NCBI GenBank assembly: GCA_943788985.1
Contig: CALSSJ010000017.1
Location: 128,001 to 192,000 of the forward strand
From: an uncultured Lentisphaerales bacterium
Lineage (GTDB): Bacteria; Verrucomicrobiota; Lentisphaeria; JABSQK01; UBA12247
Direction: 5' to 3'
Length of the DNA: 64,000 nt
The translations under genes were made by a program, and so were the position numbers. The notes under the pieces were generated by a model, which saw only the letters and a program-made list of their open reading frames with translations, was not told the origin of the DNA and made no database searches. Shown here piece by piece: positions 50,674 through 60,654 of this stretch (its first letter is position 1; each line of letters opens with the position of its first letter).

Positions 50674-51495
50674 ATGGCAACTCTTAAACGATCCACTCGC
50701 TCAGGCGCAACTCGCCGTCCGATACCAGCACCTCGTCCGAAATCATCAGTCGCCGGTGCCTTGGGCTGGGTTCTTTTTGTGATCAGCGCTGGCGTAGCCA
50801 TATTCCTCCTGCAGTCCGGATCCAAGGATATCAAGCAGGCCCGGCAAACGGGCCAGCAGGAACGCCAGATGCGCGCCGAGGATTTTGAAAAGACGCATCA
50901 GACGCTGCAAGCGGAGCTGACCGCAGCCCTAGAGGAAGTAAACACCATCCGTAAGAGCCGTAACCGCACACGGAAGTCACTGGCGTCGTCCAAGCAAACC
51001 ATTGCGAAGGAAAGTACAGCACTTGAGGAACGGGAACTCGAGCGTAAGAAGGCTGCGGACCAGCGGGCGAAAATTGAGTCCACTCGGGGAAAAGCGGAGC
51101 GCAGCATTGGCCGGAAGCGCGAGCAACTCTCCGCCTTGCAGGAGGAGCATGAGAAATTGCTGGGAGAGTATATCGCGCAGTATAGCGCCATCGAGGCTAA
51201 GCTGAAGAAAGCAGTGGAAGCCGGGAACCGGACCGGCACTAAATCGATCTACTCCAAATATCCGAACAGCCCATTTGCGCCAGCAGCTCTATTCTTTGCG
51301 GCTGAGTTCCACTATGCGAACAAGAATGGCCGGGGCGCAAGCAACCTGTATCATGACCTGCTACGCAAGTTTCCGAGCTCCGCGTACTGCGGTACTGCCA
51401 AGACTCAGATAGCAGCGATCGAGGAAAAGAAACCGTACGAAGCGGCCAACAAGCCTCTCAGAGGCCCGAGCCCGCTTTCCTTCTGGAAGGACTAA
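50674..51495 (+). CDS. TM, coiled-coil and C-terminal TPR (CpoB/YbgF/BamD-like) protein
   Basis: TM ALGWVLFVISAGVAIFLL; KYPNSPFAPAALF.AA..HY and LLRKFPSS. Confidence 0.75.
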   Translation: MATLKRSTRSGATRRPIPAPRPKSSVAGALGWVLFVISAGVAIFLLQSGSKDIKQARQTGQQERQMRAEDFEKTHQTLQAELTAALEEVNTIRKSRNRTRKSLASSKQTIAKESTALEERELERKKAADQRAKIESTRGKAERSIGRKREQLSALQEEHEKLLGEYIAQYSAIEAKLKKAVEAGNRTGTKSIYSKYPNSPFAPAALFFAAEFHYANKNGRGASNLYHDLLRKFPSSAYCGTAKTQIAAIEEKKPYEAANKPLRGPSPLSFWKD

Positions 51496-51895
51496 TCTAG
51501 GGTGGTGAATCTCAAGTCCGTCGGAAAATGCGAGGGCCAATAAGGTTGCGTTGCGCTCCTGTACGATGTGGGATATCTCCCCTGCAACAAATCCCAGCCG
51601 ATGCGGCCATGAGTGTTCGACCGCCGCAGGCCGCCCCGAAGGGAAAACCCATCCAATATAAAGGCTTTACCAAGTCTGATTTCACAGCGTCTTCTATCCT
51701 GCATAGGGCACGACCAAACGATCGGTTGATTTAATCGGACGGAAAGCCCAAAAGCTCCTTGGGAAACGCCCCAGTCTAGGGGGGATCTGGGCTTTCAGCT
51801 CGCCCAATCGCATTGATACGACAGACCGTAAAGCTGTGAATTCCAACGGCTGCGTACGCATAGAATGTACGGCCCAGCACCCAGGCACTTCCGGG

Positions 51896-53113
51896 TTATT
51901 CGGCGCCGAGCAGTTCAAGCTCTGAGACTAGGAAAACGGCCGACTCTTCTGACAGATCACCGCCGATCTTTTGCGCCAGCTTATTTCTGCCTTCTGCCAT
52001 GGCTGCGTGTGCCAGCATCAACTCAGCTCTAGCCAATTTACTTTTCGCTGCGGCAAGCCTGTACAGGGTGACAAACACCGAGTCAGATAGCGTCTTGACC
52101 GGTATTTCGACGCGTTTGCGTACGTTGACCAGCCTCTCCTTGTCCCAAACCTTGTAAGTACCAAAGACCGTACCGCCGGAGATTGTCACAATCGAGACCG
52201 GTTTGGACAACTTGCCCGGCACCGAAAAGCTCTCGTTCAAGAGTGCCTGCCCACAATCAAGTACGGTCGTTGCGGACTCCGCAATCCTAGCCATCTCGGC
52301 GACGCGAGTCCCCCAGTCCCGACACTCGAGCAACTCCACTTCACTATGCGAACGCAATGGTGCAACGGCCCGCCGCACCTGGGAAATCTCGCCATTTCGC
52401 AGCCACTGATTCACCTCAACCCGCAGTCGCACAATCTCCTTCCGGCAGTGGTCCCCTTTCGCCTCTATCAATTCAGCCTTTGCATACTCTGCCTGGCGAA
52501 CTTTTTCCTGAGCTTTCTCTTCTTCTAAGCGGGCAAGTAGATTTCTCCGAAGCTCGGCATCTGCTTGCGCAAAATCTTTACGCGTCAGTCTCGCGCAGAA
52601 CTCCTCGCTCTCGTCTAAAAGCGTCAGGAGGCATCCTGCTCGTTTAGCGCCGTAGATCCGATGATCTGAGATCATAAACTCCGGCAGAGAAAATGAGACT
52701 GCCCAGTTTACATTTCCGGGTGAGTTCACATAGGGACTGTGAGGGTAGGTTTCTGCGAATCCATGGGCAAGCGTAGCGATCTTATCCAGCACAGCGCGTT
52801 GCGCTTTGTGGCCGTCGAGCCCGTCTAAGAACTGCCTGAGGTAGGCGAATTCCTGCATTTCTCCCGGCGCGGCTCCCCGCTTGCCATACAGCCGGTCAAA
52901 TTCCTCTACGCTCCCAGGCGTGAACCGGCTCTTCATGATTAGAAAACCAGCAATGATCACGAAGAGCACGATTGCCACTGGCGCAATGCGGGCTAACGGT
53001 GAAGCCTTTGCCCGGGGGGGCTGTGTACGCGAAGAGCTAATCGTGTGCCCGTCTGCACCGTCAGCGGGCGACGTTGCCTTTGATTTTCCCTTTCGTAGCT
53101 TATGAGCAGGCAT
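51896..53113 (-). CDS. Hypothetical single-TM protein
   Basis: About 400-aa ORF with TM IAPVAIVLFVIIAGFLIM; start could also be 53131. Confidence 0.7.
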   Translation of the reverse strand: MPAHKLRKGKSKATSPADGADGHTISSSRTQPPRAKASPLARIAPVAIVLFVIIAGFLIMKSRFTPGSVEEFDRLYGKRGAAPGEMQEFAYLRQFLDGLDGHKAQRAVLDKIATLAHGFAETYPHSPYVNSPGNVNWAVSFSLPEFMISDHRIYGAKRAGCLLTLLDESEEFCARLTRKDFAQADAELRRNLLARLEEEKAQEKVRQAEYAKAELIEAKGDHCRKEIVRLRVEVNQWLRNGEISQVRRAVAPLRSHSEVELLECRDWGTRVAEMARIAESATTVLDCGQALLNESFSVPGKLSKPVSIVTISGGTVFGTYKVWDKERLVNVRKRVEIPVKTLSDSVFVTLYRLAAAKSKLARAELMLAHAAMAEGRNKLAQKIGGDLSEESAVFLVSELELLGAE

Positions 53114-53154
53114 GGGCGCACCTCTGGCCAAGCCACGGATTTTGAGCTGCTGTT

Positions 53155-53505
53155 CTAAGAATCTTCACGAATTCGATACCACTTTCTGTCTTTACGAAAA
53201 ATCAGCAGCCTGCCGCTGTGGGACTGACGCTTTCCTTCGGCAATCCAACTGTTTCCGCGTTCTACGATCGAAATGGCCCGGTAGGTAATGATGTGCACCC
53301 GGCGCCCATCTGAATCCTGCGATTCGCGACGCAAGCCCTTCAAGGACAGAGAGTAATTCACTAACCCCAGTTCGCTCTTATCGAGGTCACTCCGCAGCGC
53401 ATCCTTGATCACGCGACGCGGCGGTGAGCCGAACGACAGGAGCCCAGCACTCAGGTCTCCAGGCAGGCAGACTGCCAGCAAGAGCAGGATGATACGGGCA
53501 TTCAT
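53155..53505 (-). CDS. Small secreted hypothetical protein
   Basis: Signal peptide MNARIILLLLAVCLPGDLSA; directly downstream of ddl. Confidence 0.65.
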   Translation of the reverse strand: MNARIILLLLAVCLPGDLSAGLLSFGSPPRRVIKDALRSDLDKSELGLVNYSLSLKGLRRESQDSDGRRVHIITYRAISIVERGNSWIAEGKRQSHSGRLLIFRKDRKWYRIREDS

Positions 53506-53509
53506 AATG

Positions 53510-54556
53510 TCAGGGGTCCAGTTTCTGGGCGCAGCTAGAGGTGTCCCTTACAGTACGGGTAGAATGGTGATGCTGCACAGCCAACTCGATCAATTTCCGA
53601 AAGAGCTCGGCGGCATCAAGCCCGCTTGCGGCCCAGAGCTTCGGATACATGCTGATCTCGGTAAAGCCAGGGAGCGTGTTCACCTCGTTGAGAAAGGCCT
53701 CGCCGTCTTTTGTCAGCAGAAAGTCCACACGAGCGAGCCCGCGGCAAAGCAGGCAGGAAAACGCGCGCACGGCCAGCGCCCGCAATGACTCGGACTGGTC
53801 CATTGGTAGCTCGGCAGGAATCATCAGCTGGGAGTCGCTGTCCCCATATTTTGCTTCGAAGGTGTAGAATGACTCGCCGGGCACAATTTCTCCGGGCACG
53901 GAGGCGTCTGGGACGTCATTGCCAAGGACACTAATCTCGATCTCGCGCGGCGCATCGAGCCCCTGTTCGATCAAGACGCGGGGATCGTGCTTGGTGGCTT
54001 CCAAAATCGCGGCAGCCAATGCGTCCCAGCTGTCGACACGCGAGACGCCGACACTTGAACCCATGTTGCAGGGCTTCACAAAAATCGGCAAGGTCAAGCT
54101 CACAGCCTGTGCACGCGCGGCGGCCGTCTCAGCATCTGCAGCGACAGCGACAAATGCAGGCAGCACCGGTATTCCAGCCGCCCGGGCCAGCGCCTTTGAG
54201 ACGCCCTTGTCCATGGCGATGGCACTCCCCGGAACTGTGCACCCTACGTAGGGTTTGCCCAGCACCTCAAGAAATCCCTGGACGGTCCCATCCTCGCCCA
54301 TCGGGCCATGCAATACGGGGAAGACTACATCGGCCTTGTCTAAACTTGCCAGTGCAGCTTGGGAAACATTCGCGGTAGAGCGGTCTGAGCCGCCAGCACG
54401 CCAGCGCCCTGCCCGATCGATGTCAATGGCCGCCACTTCGTAGCCCGCGGCCATGAGGCCAGCTTCGACGAATTGCGAAGATCGCAGGCTGACATCGTGC
54501 TCGGCAGACTGGCCGCCGCGCAGGACCACAACGAACTGGACAGATCTAGGGCGCAA
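53510..54556 (-). CDS. ddl: D-alanine--D-alanine ligase
   Basis: GGQSAEHDVS, FPVLHGPMGEDGTVQG, FVKP..GSSVG, EAKY, ARVDF, NEVNTLPGFT. Confidence 0.96.
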   Translation of the reverse strand: MRPRSVQFVVVLRGGQSAEHDVSLRSSQFVEAGLMAAGYEVAAIDIDRAGRWRAGGSDRSTANVSQAALASLDKADVVFPVLHGPMGEDGTVQGFLEVLGKPYVGCTVPGSAIAMDKGVSKALARAAGIPVLPAFVAVAADAETAAARAQAVSLTLPIFVKPCNMGSSVGVSRVDSWDALAAAILEATKHDPRVLIEQGLDAPREIEISVLGNDVPDASVPGEIVPGESFYTFEAKYGDSDSQLMIPAELPMDQSESLRALAVRAFSCLLCRGLARVDFLLTKDGEAFLNEVNTLPGFTEISMYPKLWAASGLDAAELFRKLIELAVQHHHSTRTVRDTSSCAQKLDP

Positions 54557-56711
54557 AACGCGCTCCAGTGCGCTGCGCGGCCTGTTTGCGGCCTTGCTCC
54601 AGCGTCACCAAGTCGTTCAACACACCGAGCGCATGGTGTAGATAAATGTCAATCACTTTGTTCTCCGGCTCGTCTTCTTCGCTCTCATCCCGAAAGCCCA
54701 ACACATCCTTGGTGCGTTCCGTAAAATACTCATCTTCTTCGCGCAAGGCGACGCGCTTGTCGCGATTGAGTGAGATCATCTTCTGGCCTTGGCGTTCACC
54801 GTAGCGGTCGATGTCCTTTCTCAAATCTACGAACTCGCCGTCCTTCTCGAGCCGCTCGGTGGCGCGTGCCTTCAGTGCGCCGAGAAACTCCCGGACAGAG
54901 TGCATAGACTTGCGAAATTCCTGTGGCCGGATTTCGTCCCAGGGCATTGCGTTATCCAGATGCCCCTCCCCTAGTTCCAGGTGATCGAAGAATGATGGAT
55001 AAATCACGTCCGGAGTCACGCCATGACGCTGCGTCGAGTTCCCCGTCACGCGATAGAACTTAGCCATTGTGTACTTCAGCGCCCCGACCCTGGCCTTTTC
55101 AAGCAGGCGATGGCGATTCAACTGAAAGACGGACTGCACGGTTCCCTTACCGTGGGTCACTCTGTCACCCACGATCACCCCGCGTTCGTAATCCTGAATC
55201 GCGGCAGCGAAAATCTCGGACGCTGACGCGCTGGACGCATTCACCAAGACGACCAAGGGGAGATCGAACGCAAAGCCATCGTCATTGTCGCGGCGCACAC
55301 GCACGGTTCTGGTGTCGCGCACCTGGACGACCGGACCGTTTGGCACGAATAGTCCGGTCAGGCCGATCGACTCATCCAACGAGCCGCCGCCGTTCGAGCG
55401 AAGATCAATCAATAAGCCCTCAATATCATCCTGCATCAGGCCCTCAATTAATTTCCGCGAGTCCTTGGTCGTACTCTTCGCGGTCGGGTCGTTGCGCCGC
55501 AGCTTCTCGAAATCTGCGTAGAACGAGGGCACATCTAGAATGCCAAACTTGCGGCTCGTTTCCGCGTCCACGTTAAACTCGTGCAAGTGTCCCTTGGCCT
55601 CGCGCTCGGTGAGTTTCACCTCGTCCCGAATCAACGTAACAACCTGCGGCAGCCCGTGCAGAGACTTCTGCACCGTCAGGCGTACCTCTGAGCCTTTCTC
55701 GCCACGAATCTTACGCACCACGTATTTCAGCGGAAGGCCGATCATATTCTCTGCCTCGCCCGCTCCCTGTGCCACGGCAATGATACGATCTCCAGTCTGC
55801 AGTTGCCCGTCCCGCTTGGCTGGGCCACCGGGGACAGTGCTGACGATCTCTGTATAGCCATCGACGCTCTTGAGCGTGGCGCCGATTCCCTGTAACGAAA
55901 GACTCATCGAGATATTGAAGTCCTCTAGAGACCGCCAATTCATGTAGGTCGAGTGCGGGTCGAATAGGTGAAACAGTGAGGTCAGATAGACCTCCAAGAT
56001 GTCTGCCGTGTCGTAGGTGTTCAGAAACGCCCGGTACTGGTCGTAGCGGCGTACCACGCGTTCCTCGGCGCTGAGGCTATCATCCCGAAACCTATCCTCG
56101 TCTTTGCTGGCCTCGTCCTTCTCCCGCTCTTCCTTCATCAAGACTTCAGTCAGCATCTGATTCTTCAGGTTCTGCCGCCAGATTTCGTCCAGTTCCTGAG
56201 CTGTCTCGGGCCAGTCAACATCCGTTCGATCTGCCAACATATCTTCATCAAGGAAGAAGTCGTGCTTGTCTGCCACATGAGCCTGGACATACGTCAGGCG
56301 CTGATCGACACGCTGCAGAAAACGCTCATAGACTTCAAAAGCAAAGGTGATGTCCCCATCTTCAAGCAGGTTATCCAGCTCGAAGCGATAGCCGGCAAAG
56401 TCCTGCAGGTCTGAGCGCAAGAAGTATTGATGCGTCGGGTCCAACTGCTCCATGTACTCCCGCATCAACCGCTCGGACATAGCATCATCGACGTCTGGCT
56501 GCCCGTAATGATGCTTCTGGATGCTCCGCACCGAGAACTGGGTGACGTGTCGGCTGATTGGCGTAGCTCGCCGAACGCCGGAAGAATCCAGCGTCCCCTG
56601 CTCCAGTGCCTTCGGCTGCCCTTCGGCCTGCAGAAAAAGTACCACGGCGAACACAAAGATCGCCAGCATTGCCACCATCGCCTGTCTCAAAATACTCACC
56701 CCATTACCCAT
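54546..56711 (-). CDS. prc: Tail-specific C-terminal protease (S41A, Prc/Tsp)
   Basis: DPHSTY, LQGIGATL, PDZ, DLRSNGGGSL, SASASEIFAAAIQDY, GKGTVQ, STQRHGV.PD. Confidence 0.95.
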   Translation of the reverse strand: MGNGVSILRQAMVAMLAIFVFAVVLFLQAEGQPKALEQGTLDSSGVRRATPISRHVTQFSVRSIQKHHYGQPDVDDAMSERLMREYMEQLDPTHQYFLRSDLQDFAGYRFELDNLLEDGDITFAFEVYERFLQRVDQRLTYVQAHVADKHDFFLDEDMLADRTDVDWPETAQELDEIWRQNLKNQMLTEVLMKEEREKDEASKDEDRFRDDSLSAEERVVRRYDQYRAFLNTYDTADILEVYLTSLFHLFDPHSTYMNWRSLEDFNISMSLSLQGIGATLKSVDGYTEIVSTVPGGPAKRDGQLQTGDRIIAVAQGAGEAENMIGLPLKYVVRKIRGEKGSEVRLTVQKSLHGLPQVVTLIRDEVKLTEREAKGHLHEFNVDAETSRKFGILDVPSFYADFEKLRRNDPTAKSTTKDSRKLIEGLMQDDIEGLLIDLRSNGGGSLDESIGLTGLFVPNGPVVQVRDTRTVRVRRDNDDGFAFDLPLVVLVNASSASASEIFAAAIQDYERGVIVGDRVTHGKGTVQSVFQLNRHRLLEKARVGALKYTMAKFYRVTGNSTQRHGVTPDVIYPSFFDHLELGEGHLDNAMPWDEIRPQEFRKSMHSVREFLGALKARATERLEKDGEFVDLRKDIDRYGERQGQKMISLNRDKRVALREEDEYFTERTKDVLGFRDESEEDEPENKVIDIYLHHALGVLNDLVTLEQGRKQAAQRTGARFAP

Positions 56712-56933
56712 TCACGTTCTCCAGAATCTGGGCCAAGTTGTCATCGCCACGCTCACGGCGTCGCATAGGTAACGGAAACAGCCCCGCCACACGGTAATTA
56801 GCTCTGTGCATGTGATTGGCGCCGAACCGCAGGCAGAACAGCGGCCTGCGAGTCCACAGCAAGAGACACTGAAACTTTCCGCCAATCAGATCGCATCCAA
56901 GATTAGTGCAACGCTCGACGTATCGCCCGCTAC

Positions 56934-58655
56934 TCAGGACTTCTGTAGCTCTCTGTACTCGTCCAGGATTGCGACCATGGCTTCTACCAGACTGCGCTTT
57001 CCGTCAGGATCGATAAGGCGAATGGCGGCGTGCACGACATCCGACGGAATGTAGTCAGGATCTCCGCCAGCGCGCAGAAGCGTGGGCAGTTGGACAATGG
57101 CTTCATAGGCTGCAGCTTCAATCAGAGCGCGACGCTTGTAGGCGTTGTTTGCCTGCGCATTGCGGGCGAGTGGGTCACTCACGCGGGTGGTGGCCGCAAA
57201 CGTGTTGTCAGTGGCTTCAGTGGCGCTGACGATGCGAGTTCCCTCGCTGGCGTCTGCAGTCGGGGAGGCAAGCTGGTCAGTATCAGAGGCTTGGATCCCC
57301 TCGGTGGTCGTGCCAGTGGGCTCCAGAACATCACCGCTCTGGGTCTCTCGGCTGGCTTCACTGCCAGCAGCCGTAGGCGCGGTGAGGGTGTTGGTGTCAG
57401 ACTCCTGGGTGGCAGCGGCGGATCTCGCGCTGGGTGCCGACGGTTCGGTCTGCGCAGTGCTCGCGGAGATGTCTTGAGTTGGCTGGGAAAGTTGCTCCGT
57501 GTGGGTATCAGTTCCGCCCTGGCTGGTATCTGCAGAAGTGCGACTTGGTTCAGTGTCCAGACCTTCTGAGCTGCTAATCTGCGCCGTGCCAGCTCCAGAG
57601 TGCCCGGAGCCCTCAGTACTGGCTGCGCCCGTGCGGCCCTGCACGGAGTTGCCACTTCCCTGCCCGGTTTCCTCAGAGGAAACTTGGGAGAACTCATTGG
57701 TGTCTGCTGTAGTATTGGGAGTACGCGAGTCATAGGTCGTCATCTCCGAGCCATCGCTAGCGACCGCTGAGGTTGCGGAGTCCCCGCCGCCGCCACCGCT
57801 GCTGGCTGCGCCGGTGTGGGTCCCTTCATCGCTGGTCATCGCGGAGCGATCAATTGCGCCATCGGTCACGGCCGAAGGATGCGTATCGGATGGATCGACG
57901 CTGTTCTGGCTTGAGTACTCAGTGCCCAAGTCATGCGACAGCGTAGCGCTGGTATCACGATCGCTGGCATCCTGCGTCGTGTTCTGGCTAGGGCCGCTCG
58001 TAGCCTCAGAGCCCACGTCAGTCGCCTCACTCGTGCGAGACTCCTGTGAACCGTCCACCAAGAACTCAGTGCTGCCATTGCTGGCGTCACTGCCCGAGTC
58101 ATAGCTGGCCGTCTCGCTGACATAGGAGCCTTGTGTGGACTCTTTACCATCCATGGAGGTTTCGGAAGCCCCTTTCGTGGGCCCACCCTCGGTAAGCGTG
58201 GCGCTGGTCTCAGTATCAGCCGAGTAATCCACTGATTCGACGGACGATCCGTCCACGCTGCCATAGGTAATGCTTTCGGTGGTCGCACCATCGGCACCCG
58301 AATTGTTGGTCGTGCCATCCGCGCTGTCGGAAGAGGCAGCCCAAGAGTAGTTCAGGGTCTCGCTGCTCTCTGAGTCTTCGCTGGCAATGGCGCTGTCACC
58401 GGAGCCATTGCTGGTGATGTCGGAGTTATCGGCAGTCTGCTCAAGGCTATTGTCGCTGGTGTCCTCGGAACCGCGAAGAGACGGTGCACTGAACTCTTCA
58501 GTGGTCCCTTCCGTATGTTCGCTGGACGTGTAGACGCCCGAGTCATCGATGTCGGAGTGGAACAGCAGACTTGTGTCATACGTGGATTGGAAAGCGAAGG
58601 CGGATAGGCCTGAGAAAAAAACCAAAAACGAGGCGAGCAAACGGCTGATATACAT
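56934..58655 (-). CDS. Secreted Ser/Thr/Asp/Glu-rich low-complexity protein with a small helical C-terminal domain (DUF2388-like, tentative)
   Basis: Signal peptide MYISRLLASFLVFFSGLSAFA; about 470 aa of S/T/D/E/G/A; C-terminus KRRALIEAAAYEA..AAIRLIDPD..SLVEAMVAIL. Confidence 0.75.
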   Translation of the reverse strand: MYISRLLASFLVFFSGLSAFAFQSTYDTSLLFHSDIDDSGVYTSSEHTEGTTEEFSAPSLRGSEDTSDNSLEQTADNSDITSNGSGDSAIASEDSESSETLNYSWAASSDSADGTTNNSGADGATTESITYGSVDGSSVESVDYSADTETSATLTEGGPTKGASETSMDGKESTQGSYVSETASYDSGSDASNGSTEFLVDGSQESRTSEATDVGSEATSGPSQNTTQDASDRDTSATLSHDLGTEYSSQNSVDPSDTHPSAVTDGAIDRSAMTSDEGTHTGAASSGGGGGDSATSAVASDGSEMTTYDSRTPNTTADTNEFSQVSSEETGQGSGNSVQGRTGAASTEGSGHSGAGTAQISSSEGLDTEPSRTSADTSQGGTDTHTEQLSQPTQDISASTAQTEPSAPSARSAAATQESDTNTLTAPTAAGSEASRETQSGDVLEPTGTTTEGIQASDTDQLASPTADASEGTRIVSATEATDNTFAATTRVSDPLARNAQANNAYKRRALIEAAAYEAIVQLPTLLRAGGDPDYIPSDVVHAAIRLIDPDGKRSLVEAMVAILDEYRELQKS

Positions 58656-58748
58656 GTGAGTCTCCTAAGGCCGGTGTCAGTGGGCGACAAAAAGACTCGT
58701 ACTGTAGATGTCCGACCGCCAGTTGCACAGTCTGAGCGGCGAAATCTC

Positions 58749-60644
58749 TCAGGGGGAAGGTACGGGCTTGGCTGCACCGGAGCGATAGCGGTCCATTTCT
58801 CCCGCGAAGTAAGCCACGTTTCGACGTGCGCCATCGTAGTGAGCGAACGCTTCCGGAGCCTCCTCCGCCATCACCGTGTCCACGAGCGAACGCAATTCCG
58901 CCAGCTCCTCCAATCTAGCTTCCAGCCGGTCCTCATTCTCATGCGTGGTGATCTCATCACGCAGTGGCACGCCATAGCCGCTCTTATCTGCGATCGTACG
59001 CCAAGGCAACAGGGCATCAAACACTGACTGCACCCGCTCGTAGGTGTCCAGCGCGGGCACTGAGGCATCGGGATCCTTCTTGAGCCGCTTCTGGTCGCGC
59101 GTGATCAACTTGATCGCCTCTTTGAACATCTCCCCCTGAGCGTCAATCCTAATCCGCACTTCGAAGTTGAAGAAAAGGGTCGAGAGCCGCAGGTTCTCGC
59201 GCACATCGGAGCCGATCAGCCGCGCATACACGGTCCGGCGATACTCCGACCGAGACTTCTTGATAAACTGCTTGTGCTTCCGATACCGCAGATCAGGAGC
59301 CAGTGACTTCAAATCGGCAAACAACTCTTCGACCGGATTCAGCTCTGGAAAGTAATACCCCTCGCGAATCGCCTTCTCCTCGTCCTCGAAGACTGACGCG
59401 TCGACAAAGCCCGACTTGTGCATTTTCTTGGCAATGCCCACCGGTGTCAAGGTCCCAACTTTGCCAAATTTGGCATCCCTCAGGAATGCCCCCTGGAAGT
59501 CGTCGCGAGTCTCGGTGGCACAGTTGTGAGTGAGAAAGCGATAGCGGCCACTGTACTGCCAGTACTGCTCGAGACACTTATAGATGAACAAGTGGCGCTC
59601 TGTCTCGGTAAATCTGACAGGTACACTGATCAGCTCCCGCAATTCCCCCGCGATGTAGCGTGACTCGACCTGGCTGAACATGTACGGAAACAGCAACGAC
59701 GGATACTTCCCAAGCAACCCGCCGATGTGGTCGATCGAGAGGTCATCGATCGTCATCGCCTGGTAGCCGAGCACCACATGGTTCATTATGTCCCCCATGC
59801 AGTCCTTTCCTGTATCACAGACCACAAAGCGAATCATCGTGTGCCCCCAGCCGGAGATCATCGAGGATCCTGGACTGGCCAGCAGATAGTGGACCTCTTG
59901 AACGGCATCCGGGTGCAAATCCACCGGCACGCGAGTCTGCGACAGAAAAACCAAGGTATTGAGCTCGCAGGTCCTGTCGTCGTGCGGGACCAGCCCAAGC
60001 TTCTCCCGGAAGAACAGGTTCATGGCCGGTCGCCGGCAGGCAAACTCCGAATCCAGCACGTAGTAGCCGAAGTTCACGGCAAAATGCGCTTCAGGGCTCT
60101 GGGCTTCACGCGCATCAGGGGTGCGAGCCAGATTGCGATTTTTCCACTGGTCCTTGAGCATCCATTTCTGCCAGCCCGTCAGCTTTCCGTACGGGCCCGA
60201 ACGGCAGAACGACGGCTCAGAACTGCGATCGAAAAGCAACGCCAGTCCCTCGATCACCGCAGCCCGCGCCAAGTCAGTCGCCGTGCGATGTCGACTTTCC
60301 AGATATGGGTCGCTCGCAGGAGATCGGTCCAGAAAAGGGCGCAGTTCTTCGTGCACCACGATGTTCCCGTCGACGATCCACGAGATCAGGGCAAGGTGCG
60401 CCAGCGGCTCCCCGGACGCGCCGGACTCGTCGGAGTCGACCGGAACCACAGCATCCTCGCGGGTGCCAAAGCGCACCATCACGTGCTCAGGTAGGCTGCC
60501 TGTTACGGACTCCGGCAGCAGCGCTGCGATCTCCGCAAGAACCTTTGGCCCGGAGGGGCCGTAGAGCTCGACACCTACCGCCCAGGTTGCGGAGAGCGCA
60601 AACCCAAGCAGCCATACCGCTGAGACTGGTCTGGTGACGCGCAT
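58749..60644 (-). CDS. Secreted DUF4105 (Lnb N-terminal-like) His/Cys domain protein
   Basis: RTPDAREAQSPEAHFAVNFGYYVLDSEFACRRP, VHYLLA..MISGWGHTMIRFVVC, GLLGKYPSLLF, ELRELISVP, YRFLTHNCATET. Confidence 0.85.
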   Translation of the reverse strand: MRVTRPVSAVWLLGFALSATWAVGVELYGPSGPKVLAEIAALLPESVTGSLPEHVMVRFGTREDAVVPVDSDESGASGEPLAHLALISWIVDGNIVVHEELRPFLDRSPASDPYLESRHRTATDLARAAVIEGLALLFDRSSEPSFCRSGPYGKLTGWQKWMLKDQWKNRNLARTPDAREAQSPEAHFAVNFGYYVLDSEFACRRPAMNLFFREKLGLVPHDDRTCELNTLVFLSQTRVPVDLHPDAVQEVHYLLASPGSSMISGWGHTMIRFVVCDTGKDCMGDIMNHVVLGYQAMTIDDLSIDHIGGLLGKYPSLLFPYMFSQVESRYIAGELRELISVPVRFTETERHLFIYKCLEQYWQYSGRYRFLTHNCATETRDDFQGAFLRDAKFGKVGTLTPVGIAKKMHKSGFVDASVFEDEEKAIREGYYFPELNPVEELFADLKSLAPDLRYRKHKQFIKKSRSEYRRTVYARLIGSDVRENLRLSTLFFNFEVRIRIDAQGEMFKEAIKLITRDQKRLKKDPDASVPALDTYERVQSVFDALLPWRTIADKSGYGVPLRDEITTHENEDRLEARLEELAELRSLVDTVMAEEAPEAFAHYDGARRNVAYFAGEMDRYRSGAAKPVPSP

Positions 60645-60654
60645 CAGAAACGCG

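Noticed and set aside
53510..54556. Vancomycin-resistance D-Ala-D-Lac ligase
   Set aside because: The omega loop keeps EAKY (Tyr), typical of D-Ala-D-Ala ligases, and no van genes are nearby.
54604..54616. Fourth copy of repeat family B (GTCACCAAGTCGT)
   Set aside because: It is a partial match inside the prc coding sequence without the periodic flank, so probably chance.
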